DNA of 64,000 nucleotides from Candidatus Sericytochromatia bacterium. Lineage in GTDB: Bacteria > Cyanobacteriota > Sericytochromatia > S15B-MN24 > JAQBPE01. Under the pieces are notes generated by a model, which was not told the DNA's origin, searched no databases, and saw nothing but the letters and a program-made list of their open reading frames with translations. The DNA lies in assembly GCA_040400605.1 (NCBI GenBank), contig JBBAPZ010000006.1:73485-137484 (forward strand), read 5' to 3'. The translations under genes were made by a program, and so were the position numbers. Positions 30,925 to 41,877 of this stretch are shown piece by piece. The first letter of the stretch is position 1. Each line of letters begins with the position of its first letter.

Positions 30925-32010
30925 TTACGCCCGAGCTACCGGCGAGTAATAATGGCTCATGCGCGTCCAACCTGAAAAGAAGTCCGGCAACTCTTGGAGC
31001 AAGAAATTCGAATTTGCTACCCAACGGGTACGACCCGTATCGGTGTCATGAACCCGAAACTCGCGATCATAGGCCCCTTGCCGTGTACCCGTCAGCAACA
31101 TGAAATGGCCAGACCCATTTTGATACTCCACACGAATGGGAACGTCATACCCCTCAACGAGTGTTCGCGCAATATGGTCCAATGCCTGTGAGGTACTGGA
31201 CACGGAATAGCCCGAATACCGAACATCGGTCATGGTCGACACATATTTGTTGACCAGCTCATCAAGGGCAATGCCCCGTCCACCGCTTTGTCCAGGGAGG
31301 ACCGCTTTGCCCCCAAACTCTTCCAGCCACTCTTTTTGCTGCGAGGCCACGCCAAATGCGGTGCCGTAGGGATCAACCTGCGCCGGATTCTGCCACCGGT
31401 TCAACTCCCACGCATAACGTGGATTGGCTTCTCCCGCGAGCAACTGCAACACGGCTGGCCCACAGGAATCCTGCCATTGTTGCTTTAAATCCTGACTGTC
31501 CCGCATTGTGGACATTGAGTAAATCGTTGATTCACTCTGCCCCCGCATCTGATTCGCATAGTCCACCACGTTTTCCCACGGCTCCCTGGCTGCCAGCGCT
31601 TTCAGGATAAAAACCTGCTCCAATCCCGTATAAGCCGCATTGACGAGATTACGAATGGACTCAAGCTGCAAGCCATTATACTGATTCAGCATGCCAACAA
31701 GGGTCTGGTACTGCGAAAACCCGGCGAGATCCTGCATCGCGCCTCGGTACAGAATGGTCGACAATTCACGACGCAACCCGTCGGGATTGCGATAATCAAC
31801 CTGGACCAAAGTTCTCAAATCGCCACCCGCACTACCGCCAATCGGCGAAGCAGCCGTGACATCAGCCTTCGCCGCCGGACGGGCCTGCCAAGTATCTCGC
31901 CCCAAACCGGCTGTCGCCCCACCCATGGACGACTGCACAGGGCTGAGATATTGAACGGCAAGCCGTGCCGTGGCAACCGGAATCAGTGGATTGACGGTGC
32001 GAATGGTCAT
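30925..32010 (-). CDS. Putative C39-like (papain-fold) cysteine peptidase
   Basis: QQWQDSCGP (Q..C), GSGHFMLL (H) and VHDTD (D) in C39 order; low-complexity N-terminus. Confidence 0.65.
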   Translation of the reverse strand: MTIRTVNPLIPVATARLAVQYLSPVQSSMGGATAGLGRDTWQARPAAKADVTAASPIGGSAGGDLRTLVQVDYRNPDGLRRELSTILYRGAMQDLAGFSQYQTLVGMLNQYNGLQLESIRNLVNAAYTGLEQVFILKALAAREPWENVVDYANQMRGQSESTIYSMSTMRDSQDLKQQWQDSCGPAVLQLLAGEANPRYAWELNRWQNPAQVDPYGTAFGVASQQKEWLEEFGGKAVLPGQSGGRGIALDELVNKYVSTMTDVRYSGYSVSSTSQALDHIARTLVEGYDVPIRVEYQNGSGHFMLLTGTRQGAYDREFRVHDTDTGRTRWVANSNFLLQELPDFFSGWTRMSHYYSPVARA

Positions 32011-32205
32011 AGGCCTCTAATCACACAAGCAGTCAGGTGAGTACTGTTTTCTTTATGGACCGTTTGGCCGCACATCTTGCTAAAAAACTTTTAAAACCAT
32101 GTTTTGCTTAAGCTAGGTCGCAAAAGATGAGGCCGCTTATTGTGGGATGACGACGTGTGCAAAGCCGAGACCATCGCCCCCGCCAAGCGAGCAAAGTCTG
32201 GGAGT

Positions 32206-33213
32206 TCACTCGCTTCGGGTGGCATTAACCACCGAGACAGGCACGCGTGCCTCCAGAGAAGCCGCGTTCCACGTGGCATTCGTGGAGGCAGTGATCACGG
32301 TCTGCCCCGGCGCCAACGACACAACACGCCCCGTCTCACTGACCGTCACGATGCTCGAATCACCCGTACCCCAATGGACATCCGCATCGATGGCACCACC
32401 CCACGTCGTGATTGTCGAACGCAACCACGACGTATCCCCGACTCGCATCGTCAGTGCAGACGGTGTCACACCAATGCCGCGGATCGCCTCTTTCGCCAAA
32501 GGCGCCTGCACCGTGACCTGGGTCTTCGCAGTTACACCGTCGTAGGACTGTGAGGAAGCCTCAATCGTGACAACACCTGGCCTTAGTGCCAACAAATCAC
32601 CATTATCCCCGATCTGAGCGATCGTTGGATCAGAACTGCGCCAACGCGCCTGACCGACCACCTCGGCACCACCCGCACCCTGCGAAAAAACGAATTGCCA
32701 CGTTCTGCCAACGGCTACCAGCGCGTCCGTGGGCTGAATGCGCGCCTGAATAATACCGTCAAACCGATTTTCTGGTAACCGAGCTTCCACCCCGACACTC
32801 CCATCGGTTCCCAGGACACCTGCCGCCGACACAACCTGTAACGTGGCGCGGGCTTCACGCGGCGGGTTGACGGTTGTTGCCAAAATCGTGACACGTCCCT
32901 CACGCAAACCACGGACAAGGCCTCGGTCAGTGATACTCGCGATTGCCTGGGATGATAGTCGCCACCGTGCGGCCACACCAAGCGCCAGTCCCGCCTCGTC
33001 ACGTCCAATCACGTTGAATTGCCCCGTCTCTCCCACCCGAATGCTCAAGGTGGCCGGCTGCACCTCCAGGCTGAACAGGCGCGAGCCCTCCGAATTACCT
33101 GGATTCGGTGCCAACGGCAGATCATTGTTGCAGGCCATTGCCCCACACGCAGCGACAGCCACCAGCAAACGACGGGCGCCAAGGCGATTCAAATGACGGA
33201 AAAGCCGGGTCAT
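32206..33213 (-). CDS. Lipoprotein with three Ig-like (Big_2) domains
   Basis: AMA-C lipobox; three W.SS...IA.I...G.V.....G...I.A repeats. Confidence 0.88.
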   Translation of the reverse strand: MTRLFRHLNRLGARRLLVAVAACGAMACNNDLPLAPNPGNSEGSRLFSLEVQPATLSIRVGETGQFNVIGRDEAGLALGVAARWRLSSQAIASITDRGLVRGLREGRVTILATTVNPPREARATLQVVSAAGVLGTDGSVGVEARLPENRFDGIIQARIQPTDALVAVGRTWQFVFSQGAGGAEVVGQARWRSSDPTIAQIGDNGDLLALRPGVVTIEASSQSYDGVTAKTQVTVQAPLAKEAIRGIGVTPSALTMRVGDTSWLRSTITTWGGAIDADVHWGTGDSSIVTVSETGRVVSLAPGQTVITASTNATWNAASLEARVPVSVVNATRSE

Positions 33214-34019
33214 TCCCTGACATCCTCACTTTTTCGGGGAGCCACGCGCTCCCAGTGTGTCATCAACCACGCATACACACGTTGCCAGACACCTCGCCCC
33301 GTGCTTGGGGTGACCGTCGCTGGGATTGGCCGATTCAGCAAGCGACACTGTTCGGTCACCGGCAACTCCGACCACCAGGCGTAAAAATCCGGTACATAAT
33401 CAAGCTTGACACGCTGTCCGTGCTCATTGAGTCCGAACTGACGCATTTCTGCGATCGCCTCCTCAACAGTCCAGCCATCCCGCGCGATGCGCAGGCAAGC
33501 AGCCATCGTGCCAGTGCGATCCACCCCGTGGTAACAATGAAAAAAAACCACGCCGTGCGCCGGGTCCGTCACATTCATCAAAAACCGTGCGGTGTCGAGA
33601 TGCGACGGAGCAGCCAGTGGTGGAAGCGGCAAATAGACATAGTTCAACGCAAGCTCAGCCAACACCTCCCGTTCATGATCACTCTCCAGTCGCAAATTGA
33701 TCACCGTGTGCACACCGAGTTCCTTCAACCGGACAAAGGCCTTACGGCTCGGCTGCGCACCGCGAAAAATCCCTGCACCCAACTCACCAAAACGCTCAAC
33801 TTGATCACCCCCGGGAAACCAACGGGTCACCTCACCATAAAGCCACAGACCGGCCTGACGCAACACGGGCAAGTGCTCTCCGGCACGCCTGACACGCGTC
33901 GCAAAACCATGCACCATCGCAGCAAAACGCGGCGAATCCGACTGCATGAGCGGCCTCGTCGGAACACGGGGCTCAACGTCGCGTGCAATCACACAGCCAT
34001 CGTCAAGATCCTGGCCCAT
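33210..34019 (-). CDS. Dual-specificity/tyrosine phosphatase
   Basis: FRGAQP, GVHTVINLR, P-loop HCYHGVDRTG. Confidence 0.9.
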   Translation of the reverse strand: MGQDLDDGCVIARDVEPRVPTRPLMQSDSPRFAAMVHGFATRVRRAGEHLPVLRQAGLWLYGEVTRWFPGGDQVERFGELGAGIFRGAQPSRKAFVRLKELGVHTVINLRLESDHEREVLAELALNYVYLPLPPLAAPSHLDTARFLMNVTDPAHGVVFFHCYHGVDRTGTMAACLRIARDGWTVEEAIAEMRQFGLNEHGQRVKLDYVPDFYAWWSELPVTEQCRLLNRPIPATVTPSTGRGVWQRVYAWLMTHWERVAPRKSEDVRE

Positions 34020-35784
34020 CGTGTCCTCCCCTCGCGCCCTTGGTCATCCCGACACCGGTCACATCAGGCGCACTCGGCGGCAACCGCAATCGAAACGTCG
34101 CACCAGCACCACGCTCAGAAAACACCTCCAGCGTTCCGCCAAATTTACGTACGATCTGCTGACTCACAGACAATCCAAGCCCCGTGCCCTTGCCCACCTG
34201 TTTCGTCGTAAAAAACGGATCGAAAATTTTGCCCAAAATGGCATCGGGTACCCCTTCGCCATTATCGACAATATCCACCTGGACCATCCCTGCCTCAAAT
34301 GCGGTCAAAATGCGCAAAACACCCCCTGCCTCATCACCAAATCGCGCCTGAATCGCATCCATCGCGTTCACGATCAGATTCGTTAAAACCTGCCCCAACT
34401 CCGTCAACGTCCCCATCACGTGCGGTAACTCAACCAAAGTCAATTCGCGAACCACCGACATATGCTTCAAACGGTGACTAAGCAACTCCAGCGTATCGTG
34501 CAAAACGGCTGTCAACGATATAGGTCGGTACTCCGGTGCGGGTTGTCGCGCAAAATTCAACAAATTCACCACAATACGCTTGCACCGTTGCGCACCTGCC
34601 TCAACCAAGGCCAGTTGATCGCACAACTCAGGATCCTCGATATCCATCCGCAACAACTGCACATTCGCCAAGATCGCCGAAAGCGGATTATTCAGTTCGT
34701 GCGCGACACCCCCCGCAAGCGTACCAATCGTCGCCAATTTCTCGGTCTGCACCAACTGGGCCTGCGTTTCCTGCAAACTTCTCAACGCCTGCTCCAACTC
34801 AGCCGTACGCTCCTTCACGCGCTGCTCGAGCACTTCATTAAGGCCATTGATCGTCAAGTAGGCCTCCGCATTCTGCAAAACCAAGGACAACTTCAGCGCG
34901 ACCTGATTCACAAAGGTCACGTCATTGCGGTGAAACAACCGATGTTCCGCCGCACGAAATACAGCCAAAACCCCGTACAACTTTCGATTGGCCATAATCG
35001 GTGTCAACGCGCCATGCCACGCCCGCCGCGCATCCTCCTGCACCAACGCCTCAGTCTCGCCCCCCACAACCACGCTTCGCCTCAGATCCAAACAGCGCAA
35101 AATCGCCTGCCCCTGCTCCGTTGAACGCCAAGCGTCTGTGGGTGCAACACCGACAACCGCCTCCAAAGCCAGATTTGTTGGGTCCCCGACGCACATAACC
35201 ACCCACGTCTGCTCGGCGGACACCGTATCATGGATCTGACGCACACTGTGCTTCAAAATTTCTTTCACATCATAAGACGCAATCAGAAAATCAAAATCAC
35301 CCAACGCCCGTCCATAAGCCTCCTTGTACCGAACCTCCAAGCGTGCATTCAACGCATCCAACGCCATCACCCACTGCGCCTGCAAGGATGCCAGCATAGC
35401 CAAATCCACCGCCTCAACCGATGCACCAGATTCAAACTCAATCTGCACCAGGCCTACAGCTCGCGTACCCCTTGCCAACGGCAGCATCACGACATCAGCA
35501 TCCGCCAAACCGCCTTCAAGGGTTCCAACCACAGCGCCACGCCCATAAAGTGGCGCCGGTTCAGCCAAAATGCGCTGGCGCGACCACTCGGGCCTGACCC
35601 CGTGACGGGGCAGGTTCCAACCCGGCACGAATCGGACCGAGCGTATAGGCCACAACTGTCTCAAAATCGTCTCGACTGTCTTTAAACAGGCTGCCGCATC
35701 CCCATCCGCATTCAATATCGTCCCAAGCGACGCAAGCAATTGCCAGCGATAATCCACGTTGTCCCTAACCAAATCTGCGTGCAT
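34003..35784 (-). CDS. Cytoplasmic GAF-GAF sensor histidine kinase (NtrB-like)
   Basis: [33 protein letters not shown]; start moved to ATG 35784. Confidence 0.93.
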   Translation of the reverse strand: MHADLVRDNVDYRWQLLASLGTILNADGDAAACLKTVETILRQLWPIRSVRFVPGWNLPRHGVRPEWSRQRILAEPAPLYGRGAVVGTLEGGLADADVVMLPLARGTRAVGLVQIEFESGASVEAVDLAMLASLQAQWVMALDALNARLEVRYKEAYGRALGDFDFLIASYDVKEILKHSVRQIHDTVSAEQTWVVMCVGDPTNLALEAVVGVAPTDAWRSTEQGQAILRCLDLRRSVVVGGETEALVQEDARRAWHGALTPIMANRKLYGVLAVFRAAEHRLFHRNDVTFVNQVALKLSLVLQNAEAYLTINGLNEVLEQRVKERTAELEQALRSLQETQAQLVQTEKLATIGTLAGGVAHELNNPLSAILANVQLLRMDIEDPELCDQLALVEAGAQRCKRIVVNLLNFARQPAPEYRPISLTAVLHDTLELLSHRLKHMSVVRELTLVELPHVMGTLTELGQVLTNLIVNAMDAIQARFGDEAGGVLRILTAFEAGMVQVDIVDNGEGVPDAILGKIFDPFFTTKQVGKGTGLGLSVSQQIVRKFGGTLEVFSERGAGATFRLRLPPSAPDVTGVGMTKGARGGHDGPGS

Positions 35785-35803
35785 CGGCGTCACCCTTTTT
35801 GAC

Positions 35804-36949
35804 TCAACGAGCCGCGTGATACGCCCGCATCCCAGCGAACGCAACGTCATAACGATTATGCGCATTCCACATCATGTACCCTGTCGCACGCGCATCACTG
35901 CCTGCGCGAAGTTGCTCCACGATGTAGCGCGCGTCAAAACGGGACACCTTGTAAGGCATCGCCTGCATCCAGGGCCGCACCACCACAGATGTGCCGGCAA
36001 CCCGATCATTCAACAGGGTCAACCCCTTGAACATAAACTGATACGGTGCATTGGCCGGCCGCGCAATGCCTGCAAAACCATCATTAAAATGAGAAGGATA
36101 CAACATTGGGCATAGGACATCCGTGTGGCGCGCCAAATCAGACAAGCGTTGCCCGGTGATGCGTACGTCAATGTCCATTGCCCAAGCCATAATGCCGTAC
36201 ACATCAATGGATACACGCATCCCCAAGCGATGAAGCGTCTCGTGCGCGCGCTTCAGAAAGGCAGTGATAATCGCATGCTTGGGTGTTCGCGATTCATCGA
36301 AGGCGTAACGCGCATTTTGTGTATCGCCCATTGCCGGAAAGCGGATGTAGTCAAACTGCACTTCATCAACCCCCGCTTTCACGAGCTCCTTTGCCAAGTC
36401 GATGTTATAGTCTTGACACGCCGGTAAAGATGGATCCAACCACGACTGTCGGCCCAATTCCTTCCACGGGCCACCCTTGATAGACCGTGCCGCCAATGAA
36501 GGCAGCTTCTGCGCCACAATTGGATCATGAAAACACACCACACGCCCCGCGACCTGAATCCCATAACGATGTGCCAACTGCACCCTCGCTTTGAGATCGC
36601 GCAAAGGCCCCGCAGCACTGGCCTTAACCGTGCGAGCCAAGGCCACTTCGGAGGGATAGGACACAATCCCGCCTTCATCCTTGGCATCAAAAACAATCAG
36701 ATTACCCCCCGCAGCCTTCAGATTTTTCAACAGTGTCTCAAATCTCGGCAAAGCCATTGACGTCGCCGTCACGTAAATCCCACGCAACGGGGGTACTGTC
36801 GCCGCATCTTGTGTGACCCCAGACACGTCCCCGATTGTTCGCGCCTTTGCAGCAATCATTTTCGATTGGGATTCTTGGGCCATGATGGGTGCGCCAGTCA
36901 AACCCAACGTGGTCATCAGCGCGCCAAACAAGGCGGTTCTTACACCCAT
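35804..36949 (-). CDS. Exported putative glycoside hydrolase (DUF4015-like)
   Basis: Signal peptide; RGIYVT, FDAKDEGG, WLDP, EVQFDYIRFP, PMLYPSH, RPWMQA. Confidence 0.82.
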   Translation of the reverse strand: MGVRTALFGALMTTLGLTGAPIMAQESQSKMIAAKARTIGDVSGVTQDAATVPPLRGIYVTATSMALPRFETLLKNLKAAGGNLIVFDAKDEGGIVSYPSEVALARTVKASAAGPLRDLKARVQLAHRYGIQVAGRVVCFHDPIVAQKLPSLAARSIKGGPWKELGRQSWLDPSLPACQDYNIDLAKELVKAGVDEVQFDYIRFPAMGDTQNARYAFDESRTPKHAIITAFLKRAHETLHRLGMRVSIDVYGIMAWAMDIDVRITGQRLSDLARHTDVLCPMLYPSHFNDGFAGIARPANAPYQFMFKGLTLLNDRVAGTSVVVRPWMQAMPYKVSRFDARYIVEQLRAGSDARATGYMMWNAHNRYDVAFAGMRAYHAAR

Positions 36950-37206
36950 GTCAATCCTCCTTTACCCATGGTGCGCGCCATTTGGCGCGACCGGGCAATC
37001 GCACGGTCATTATTCCCGCAAGCGGTCCATTTCATTCCAAAGGTGACGAAGAAGTTGATTTTTGCCATTTCACGACGCGCTGCCTGCAATCACCAGATAA
37101 CCTGATTTTTGTTTGTAACGTCCGACAGGTACAGGAATACCTAAAAATAGATCAGGACGATGGCGAAATCGGTCAGGATACCGGTTGATTGCGGGATGAA
37201 CATCTT

Positions 37207-37956
37207 ATGACGGATCCAACAATCAGACCTGTCGTTGAAACAGGCGACGCAGTATTGCATGAACAATCCCCACGTGAAAGCTTCAGGGCGCACCTTTGGG
37301 ATGCAATCAAATGCAACTGGCAGCGCAAAAGATACTACGCTTATCACACGAGCGGTGCCTCCAAAAAACTGTCCAATCATCTGATCGTGAGCGAATTCAT
37401 TGCCCTGCCGGTGGCGCTTCTGTTCGATTTACTGGCCAAACGCTTTCAAAACCGTGGTATCGCCATCGTCAGTGGTGACTTTGTATCAATGAAAACGGTC
37501 AAATCACCCGATACCCCGCCAAAATACCGCTGTGCGGCAAGCGACGACAGTTTCCGCCAGATCAAAGCCGACGTGAAGGCCTATCGCCAGGCGCTTCAAA
37601 AGGCGCTGTCCCAAAATGACTTTTGGAGCGCCTCAATGCTCACTTACACCCTGATCGAATCGATTGAGAACCGGGAGATTGCCGAACGATGCCACTATGC
37701 GATGTACAAACACATCGCGGAGTCCGTCGGTCTGGCAACCCTTCACGCGGCGGACCACTCGGAGGCTAGCCACGGCGCGAGCAACCAGCTCGCCATCGCA
37801 TTGATTGCCGTTCAAGCCCAATCACTCACATGGGTCGAGCCGATTGACCGCCAGGCGCAGATGCTGCATCGCAACGGGGTCGGCATCATCGTCAATGACG
37901 TGCCGGACATTCCCTTCAAACACGCATATGAAACCAGGATCGCGAAGCACTGTTAA
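37207..37956 (+). CDS. Hypothetical helical protein with an internal duplication
   Basis: Two 64-aa segments starting at 37291 and 37711 align without gaps. Confidence 0.8.
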   Translation: MTDPTIRPVVETGDAVLHEQSPRESFRAHLWDAIKCNWQRKRYYAYHTSGASKKLSNHLIVSEFIALPVALLFDLLAKRFQNRGIAIVSGDFVSMKTVKSPDTPPKYRCAASDDSFRQIKADVKAYRQALQKALSQNDFWSASMLTYTLIESIENREIAERCHYAMYKHIAESVGLATLHAADHSEASHGASNQLAIALIAVQAQSLTWVEPIDRQAQMLHRNGVGIIVNDVPDIPFKHAYETRIAKHC

Positions 37957-38267
37957 AGTACCTCACGAGGCATTGATTCAGGTGAACGCCACGCTGACAC
38001 ATCGGTTTTTGTTTAAAAGGTAAATGGCAAAATTAAAACATCAGGCAATCAATTGCCACGTGCTGTACAACACCAAAAATTTAGTTGCCAATCAAGGCAT
38101 TTTGTTACAGGACATTCCGAGAGTTATACAGTGACGCATAGGTTTTAGTTCAAAAATTAACCAGCGGAATCAAAACGTCAGGCGATGACTCGCCAATATT
38201 GATCATCAGCCAAAAATTGGTCATCAAACAATGCGTTGCTGCACGATGGTCAACATTGACAATTGGG

Positions 38268-39677
38268 TCAAGTGACAGCGGGAGGTCTGAGCCATCTAAC
38301 ATAGACCCCAAACCCGATCGCGATCCAAACCAGAAACATGGACCAGACAGTCCAACTGAGACCCCACATCAGATAAAGGTTAATCGCGATCGCCAATCCC
38401 GGTAAGAATGGCGCGCCGGGGCATCGAAACGGCCGCGGCGCCTCCGGAAACTCGTGTCTCAACACCAGCACCGCCGCACTGACGACGCTAAAAGCAGCCA
38501 GAGTACCCAAGCTGACAAGGTCCGCCAATTGCTCAAGCGGCACCACCATTGCCAAAAACGCGGTCACGCCGCCCAAGATGAGCACGGCCGCATAAGGCGC
38601 ACCGGTTGTCGGGTGCAAACGGGTAAATGCCGCCGGCATCAATCCATCCCGGCTCATCACGTATAAAATGCGGGTTTGCCCGATCGAAGCAACCAAAATC
38701 ACGCTCAGGATCCCCACCACCGCGACCACGGACAGAACCAAGGCCGCAACCGGATGACGCATTTGTTCCAACGCATGCGCCAGAGGTTCCTGGACGTGCC
38801 TCAGCTCATTCATTGGCAAAACCGCAACCAACACCGTCGCAACAGCGACGTAAAGCAGCGTCACCAGGGTGAGTGACAGCGCGATGGCGCGTGGCAAGGT
38901 ACGTTGCACGTCTCGGGTTTCCTCCGCCACTGTCGATACCGCATCGAAGCCGATAAACAGAAAAAACACCACCGCCGCACCCGACACAACGCCCCCCCAG
39001 CCAAAAGGCATAAAAGGGTTAAAATGCGCAAACTGCATGCCTGGAACACACAAAATCAAAAATAATCCCAATACCGCAATTTTCGCTGTAACCATGGCGT
39101 TATTGAAACGCGCACTCTCACGAATACCGAACAGCAACAAGGCCGTCACGAACGCGACGGCTGCACCAGCCGGGAGATTGAACCAACCACGTGCCGAGGT
39201 GCCGGGTATCAAGTGGCCGGGCGCATAGAGCAACGTTTTGGGCAAGGTGACACCGAACTGGGCCAGCAAGGCCTGCAGATAACCGCCCCAACCAGCCGCC
39301 ACAGCCGAGTTGGACAACCCATATTCGAGCAGCAGATCCCATCCCATCAAAAAAGCGACGAGTTGTCCGAAGGCGGCATAGGCATAACTATACGCGGACC
39401 CGGACGCAGGCATCATCACCGCCAGTTCACTGTAGCAAAGCGCCGCAAGCAAACAGGCGATCGCAGCCAGCACAAAGGACAACACGACCGCAGGTCCCGC
39501 ATGTTGCGCCGCCACCAACCCCGGCATCACAAAAATGCCAGCGCCAATCGTGCAACCGATACCCAAGGCCGTCAGGGACCAAAGCCCCAGCACGCGCTTG
39601 TGATCAGATTCAGAACCTGATTCACCCACCGCAGTAAAACTGGCGATCGACTTCCTAACAAACCACGGATGTGACAA
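38268..39677 (-). CDS. APC-family amino acid permease
   Basis: LGIGCTIGAGIF, CYSEL, GSAYSY, FIGFDAV, SRDGLMP, RPFRCP. Confidence 0.95.
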   Translation of the reverse strand: MSHPWFVRKSIASFTAVGESGSESDHKRVLGLWSLTALGIGCTIGAGIFVMPGLVAAQHAGPAVVLSFVLAAIACLLAALCYSELAVMMPASGSAYSYAYAAFGQLVAFLMGWDLLLEYGLSNSAVAAGWGGYLQALLAQFGVTLPKTLLYAPGHLIPGTSARGWFNLPAGAAVAFVTALLLFGIRESARFNNAMVTAKIAVLGLFLILCVPGMQFAHFNPFMPFGWGGVVSGAAVVFFLFIGFDAVSTVAEETRDVQRTLPRAIALSLTLVTLLYVAVATVLVAVLPMNELRHVQEPLAHALEQMRHPVAALVLSVVAVVGILSVILVASIGQTRILYVMSRDGLMPAAFTRLHPTTGAPYAAVLILGGVTAFLAMVVPLEQLADLVSLGTLAAFSVVSAAVLVLRHEFPEAPRPFRCPGAPFLPGLAIAINLYLMWGLSWTVWSMFLVWIAIGFGVYVRWLRPPAVT

Positions 39678-40271
39678 AAGCGTTTCCCTTCAACCTGACA
39701 CGTCAGCGTATGACCCCAGGTATCACTGATCGTGTTACAACGGCAAACAGCACAAACCGATCGCAAAATACCGGGTATTTTATCCCCCTTGTTGCGCCCG
39801 CTGCTCGGCTGTTACCCCGAAGCAGCGTGCCAACTGACAATCACGGACATTGTACCCCCATCTTGCCAAGTCCCACAGGCTTGCGGGCGCGCTAATCGTC
39901 AGGGCGCACACTCAGGAATGATGGATGATATGGCAAGGGGTCATCTGGTGATACCGTCTCTGGCTCGCGTGAATTCGCAGCAGCCAGGTTCCGGATTTTT
40001 TGCATTTGTCACGCAGGTTTTAAACCTGAGTACGTTGCGTCACGACATAACCAACAGCGTTTGGGAACCAGCCGGTCCAGTCGGCGGATCGTTTGCCAAA
40101 GCCGGTCACACCGGTTCAAAATAAACGGGGGCGCAGCATCAGGACCGCGCTCACCATCACACCGCGTTGACGCATTTGGTGTTAATGCTCACGTTCCGTC
40201 CAGGCTCACGTGAGCGCCAGGCGCGACGCTGGTCGTCAAGCCGTCGCCAATCAAAAGAAAGGTCCTCCCAC

Positions 40272-41474
40272 GTGCGCTTGGTTTCCATCGGACTCACCGT
40301 TTTGATTGCCGTCACCATGGCCGCAACAGCCATCGACGCAGCGGGGATGCAAACGCCCCGCGTGCGTTTTCGTGAGCTGGGATACACCATTGGACGTCAT
40401 CGCCCAGGGCCCTTCAACGCCATCACGGATGTCCAAGGTGTCAAAGTGGGGCACGTCACACTGACGCGCGGCGAAGGTTCGCTCAAACCGGGTGAAGGTC
40501 CCGTGCGAACGGGCGTCACCGCGATCTTGCCTCGCGAGGATGTCTGGAACCGCAAGGTGTTTGTCGGGCATTCGGTCCTGAATGGCAACGGTGAGCTGAC
40601 CGCCAACGCCTGGATGAAAGAATCCGGTTGGCTTGAAACCCCAATCATCTTGACCAGCACCCTCAGCGTTGGGCGTGCGATGGACGGGGTGGTTGAATGG
40701 ATGACCCTGCGTTATCCACAAATGGGTGTCAGCGATGACGTCGTATTGCCCGTTGTGGGCGAATGTGATGACTCCTTTCTGAACGATCAACGCGGACGTC
40801 ACGTGTCCGCAACCGATGTTGTAAACGCCATCAACAACGCAAGCGCAGGCCCCGTTCCCGAAGGCTGTGTGGGTGCAGGAACCGGCATGGTCGCCTATCG
40901 CTTCAAAGGTGGAATCGGGACAGCAAGTCGTCGGATTGGTGACGCAAGCAACGCGTACACCATCGGCGCCTTGGTCAACTGCAACATGGGTGCTCGCCGC
41001 GACCTCAGAATTGACGGCGTACCAGTTGGAGAACACCTCACCGACTGGCAACCGCAACGCAAACCATCCGAAGGTTCGATCATCATTGTCGTCGCAACGG
41101 ATGCACCACTGTTGCCTCACCAACTGGAGCGCGTCGCCCGACGGGCTTTCCTCGGCCTGGGTCGCACCGGTACACACGTCTCACATGGCTCAGGCGATTT
41201 TGCACTCGCTTTTTCCACCGCGAACGACATTCCGCATCAAACCGCCAAAACGGTGCAATCCTACCAGTCCATTCACCACAGCATTCTCAACCCACTCTTT
41301 GAAGCCACGATCGAAGCCGTCGAAGAAGCCATCCTGAACGCACTGACAACCGCCCGGACCACCACCGGAAGAGATGGGCACATCATCCATGCGCTACCTT
41401 ACGATGCCCTGATGCGCGTCATGACACGGTATGGAAACGTGCCGGCCAAATACAGCCCTCGCGAAGCTCATTGA
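40272..41474 (+). CDS. Exported P1/DmpA-family (S58) aminopeptidase
   Basis: NAITDV.GV.VGH, FKGGIGTASR, autocleavage EG|SIIIVVATDAP, HGSGD; GTG 40272 start gives a signal peptide. Confidence 0.92.
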   Translation: MRLVSIGLTVLIAVTMAATAIDAAGMQTPRVRFRELGYTIGRHRPGPFNAITDVQGVKVGHVTLTRGEGSLKPGEGPVRTGVTAILPREDVWNRKVFVGHSVLNGNGELTANAWMKESGWLETPIILTSTLSVGRAMDGVVEWMTLRYPQMGVSDDVVLPVVGECDDSFLNDQRGRHVSATDVVNAINNASAGPVPEGCVGAGTGMVAYRFKGGIGTASRRIGDASNAYTIGALVNCNMGARRDLRIDGVPVGEHLTDWQPQRKPSEGSIIIVVATDAPLLPHQLERVARRAFLGLGRTGTHVSHGSGDFALAFSTANDIPHQTAKTVQSYQSIHHSILNPLFEATIEAVEEAILNALTTARTTTGRDGHIIHALPYDALMRVMTRYGNVPAKYSPREAH

Positions 41475-41877
41475 TTGTTCACCAACTCCATGGCTGGCAT
41501 CAGCGATCGCCCCACGCGACAGGCGCGCACTGATTGGTTGTCAAATCAGTGGTTGAAACCGCACCTCAGTGCGTGAATACCTTGCATCTGGTGAACACGT
41601 GTTCCACAAAAGCGCTTGCGTCACCGCCTTGAAGTAATTCTGGCGGTGGCTGCGCGATACGTTGACCCGCGTACTGGTGAATGAAGCTGTCGCTGGCCAA
41701 AGAATATCAACAGCGGCTTTGCCAGGATTATTGTTGCCTCTGCAAACAGACCTGACAAAGCAGCGATGGTCACTATTGAACCCGGCCTGTCCTCCGCCTG
41801 GTTCTTTAATACCCTGTCTGGCAAGGCTGTTGGGATCCACGGTAGAATGAAAGGGTAAAATCAATCGGAGTTTAACC

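Noticed and set aside
33108..34211. 367-aa plus-strand ORF
   Set aside because: Antisense to the phosphatase and kinase; His/Pro/Thr bias reflects local C/A richness.
39678..40271. Amino-acid riboswitch or T-box ahead of the permease
   Set aside because: No lysine, glycine, SAM or T-box consensus recognised on either strand.
40251..41177. 308-aa minus-strand ORF
   Set aside because: Antisense shadow of the DmpA-family gene.
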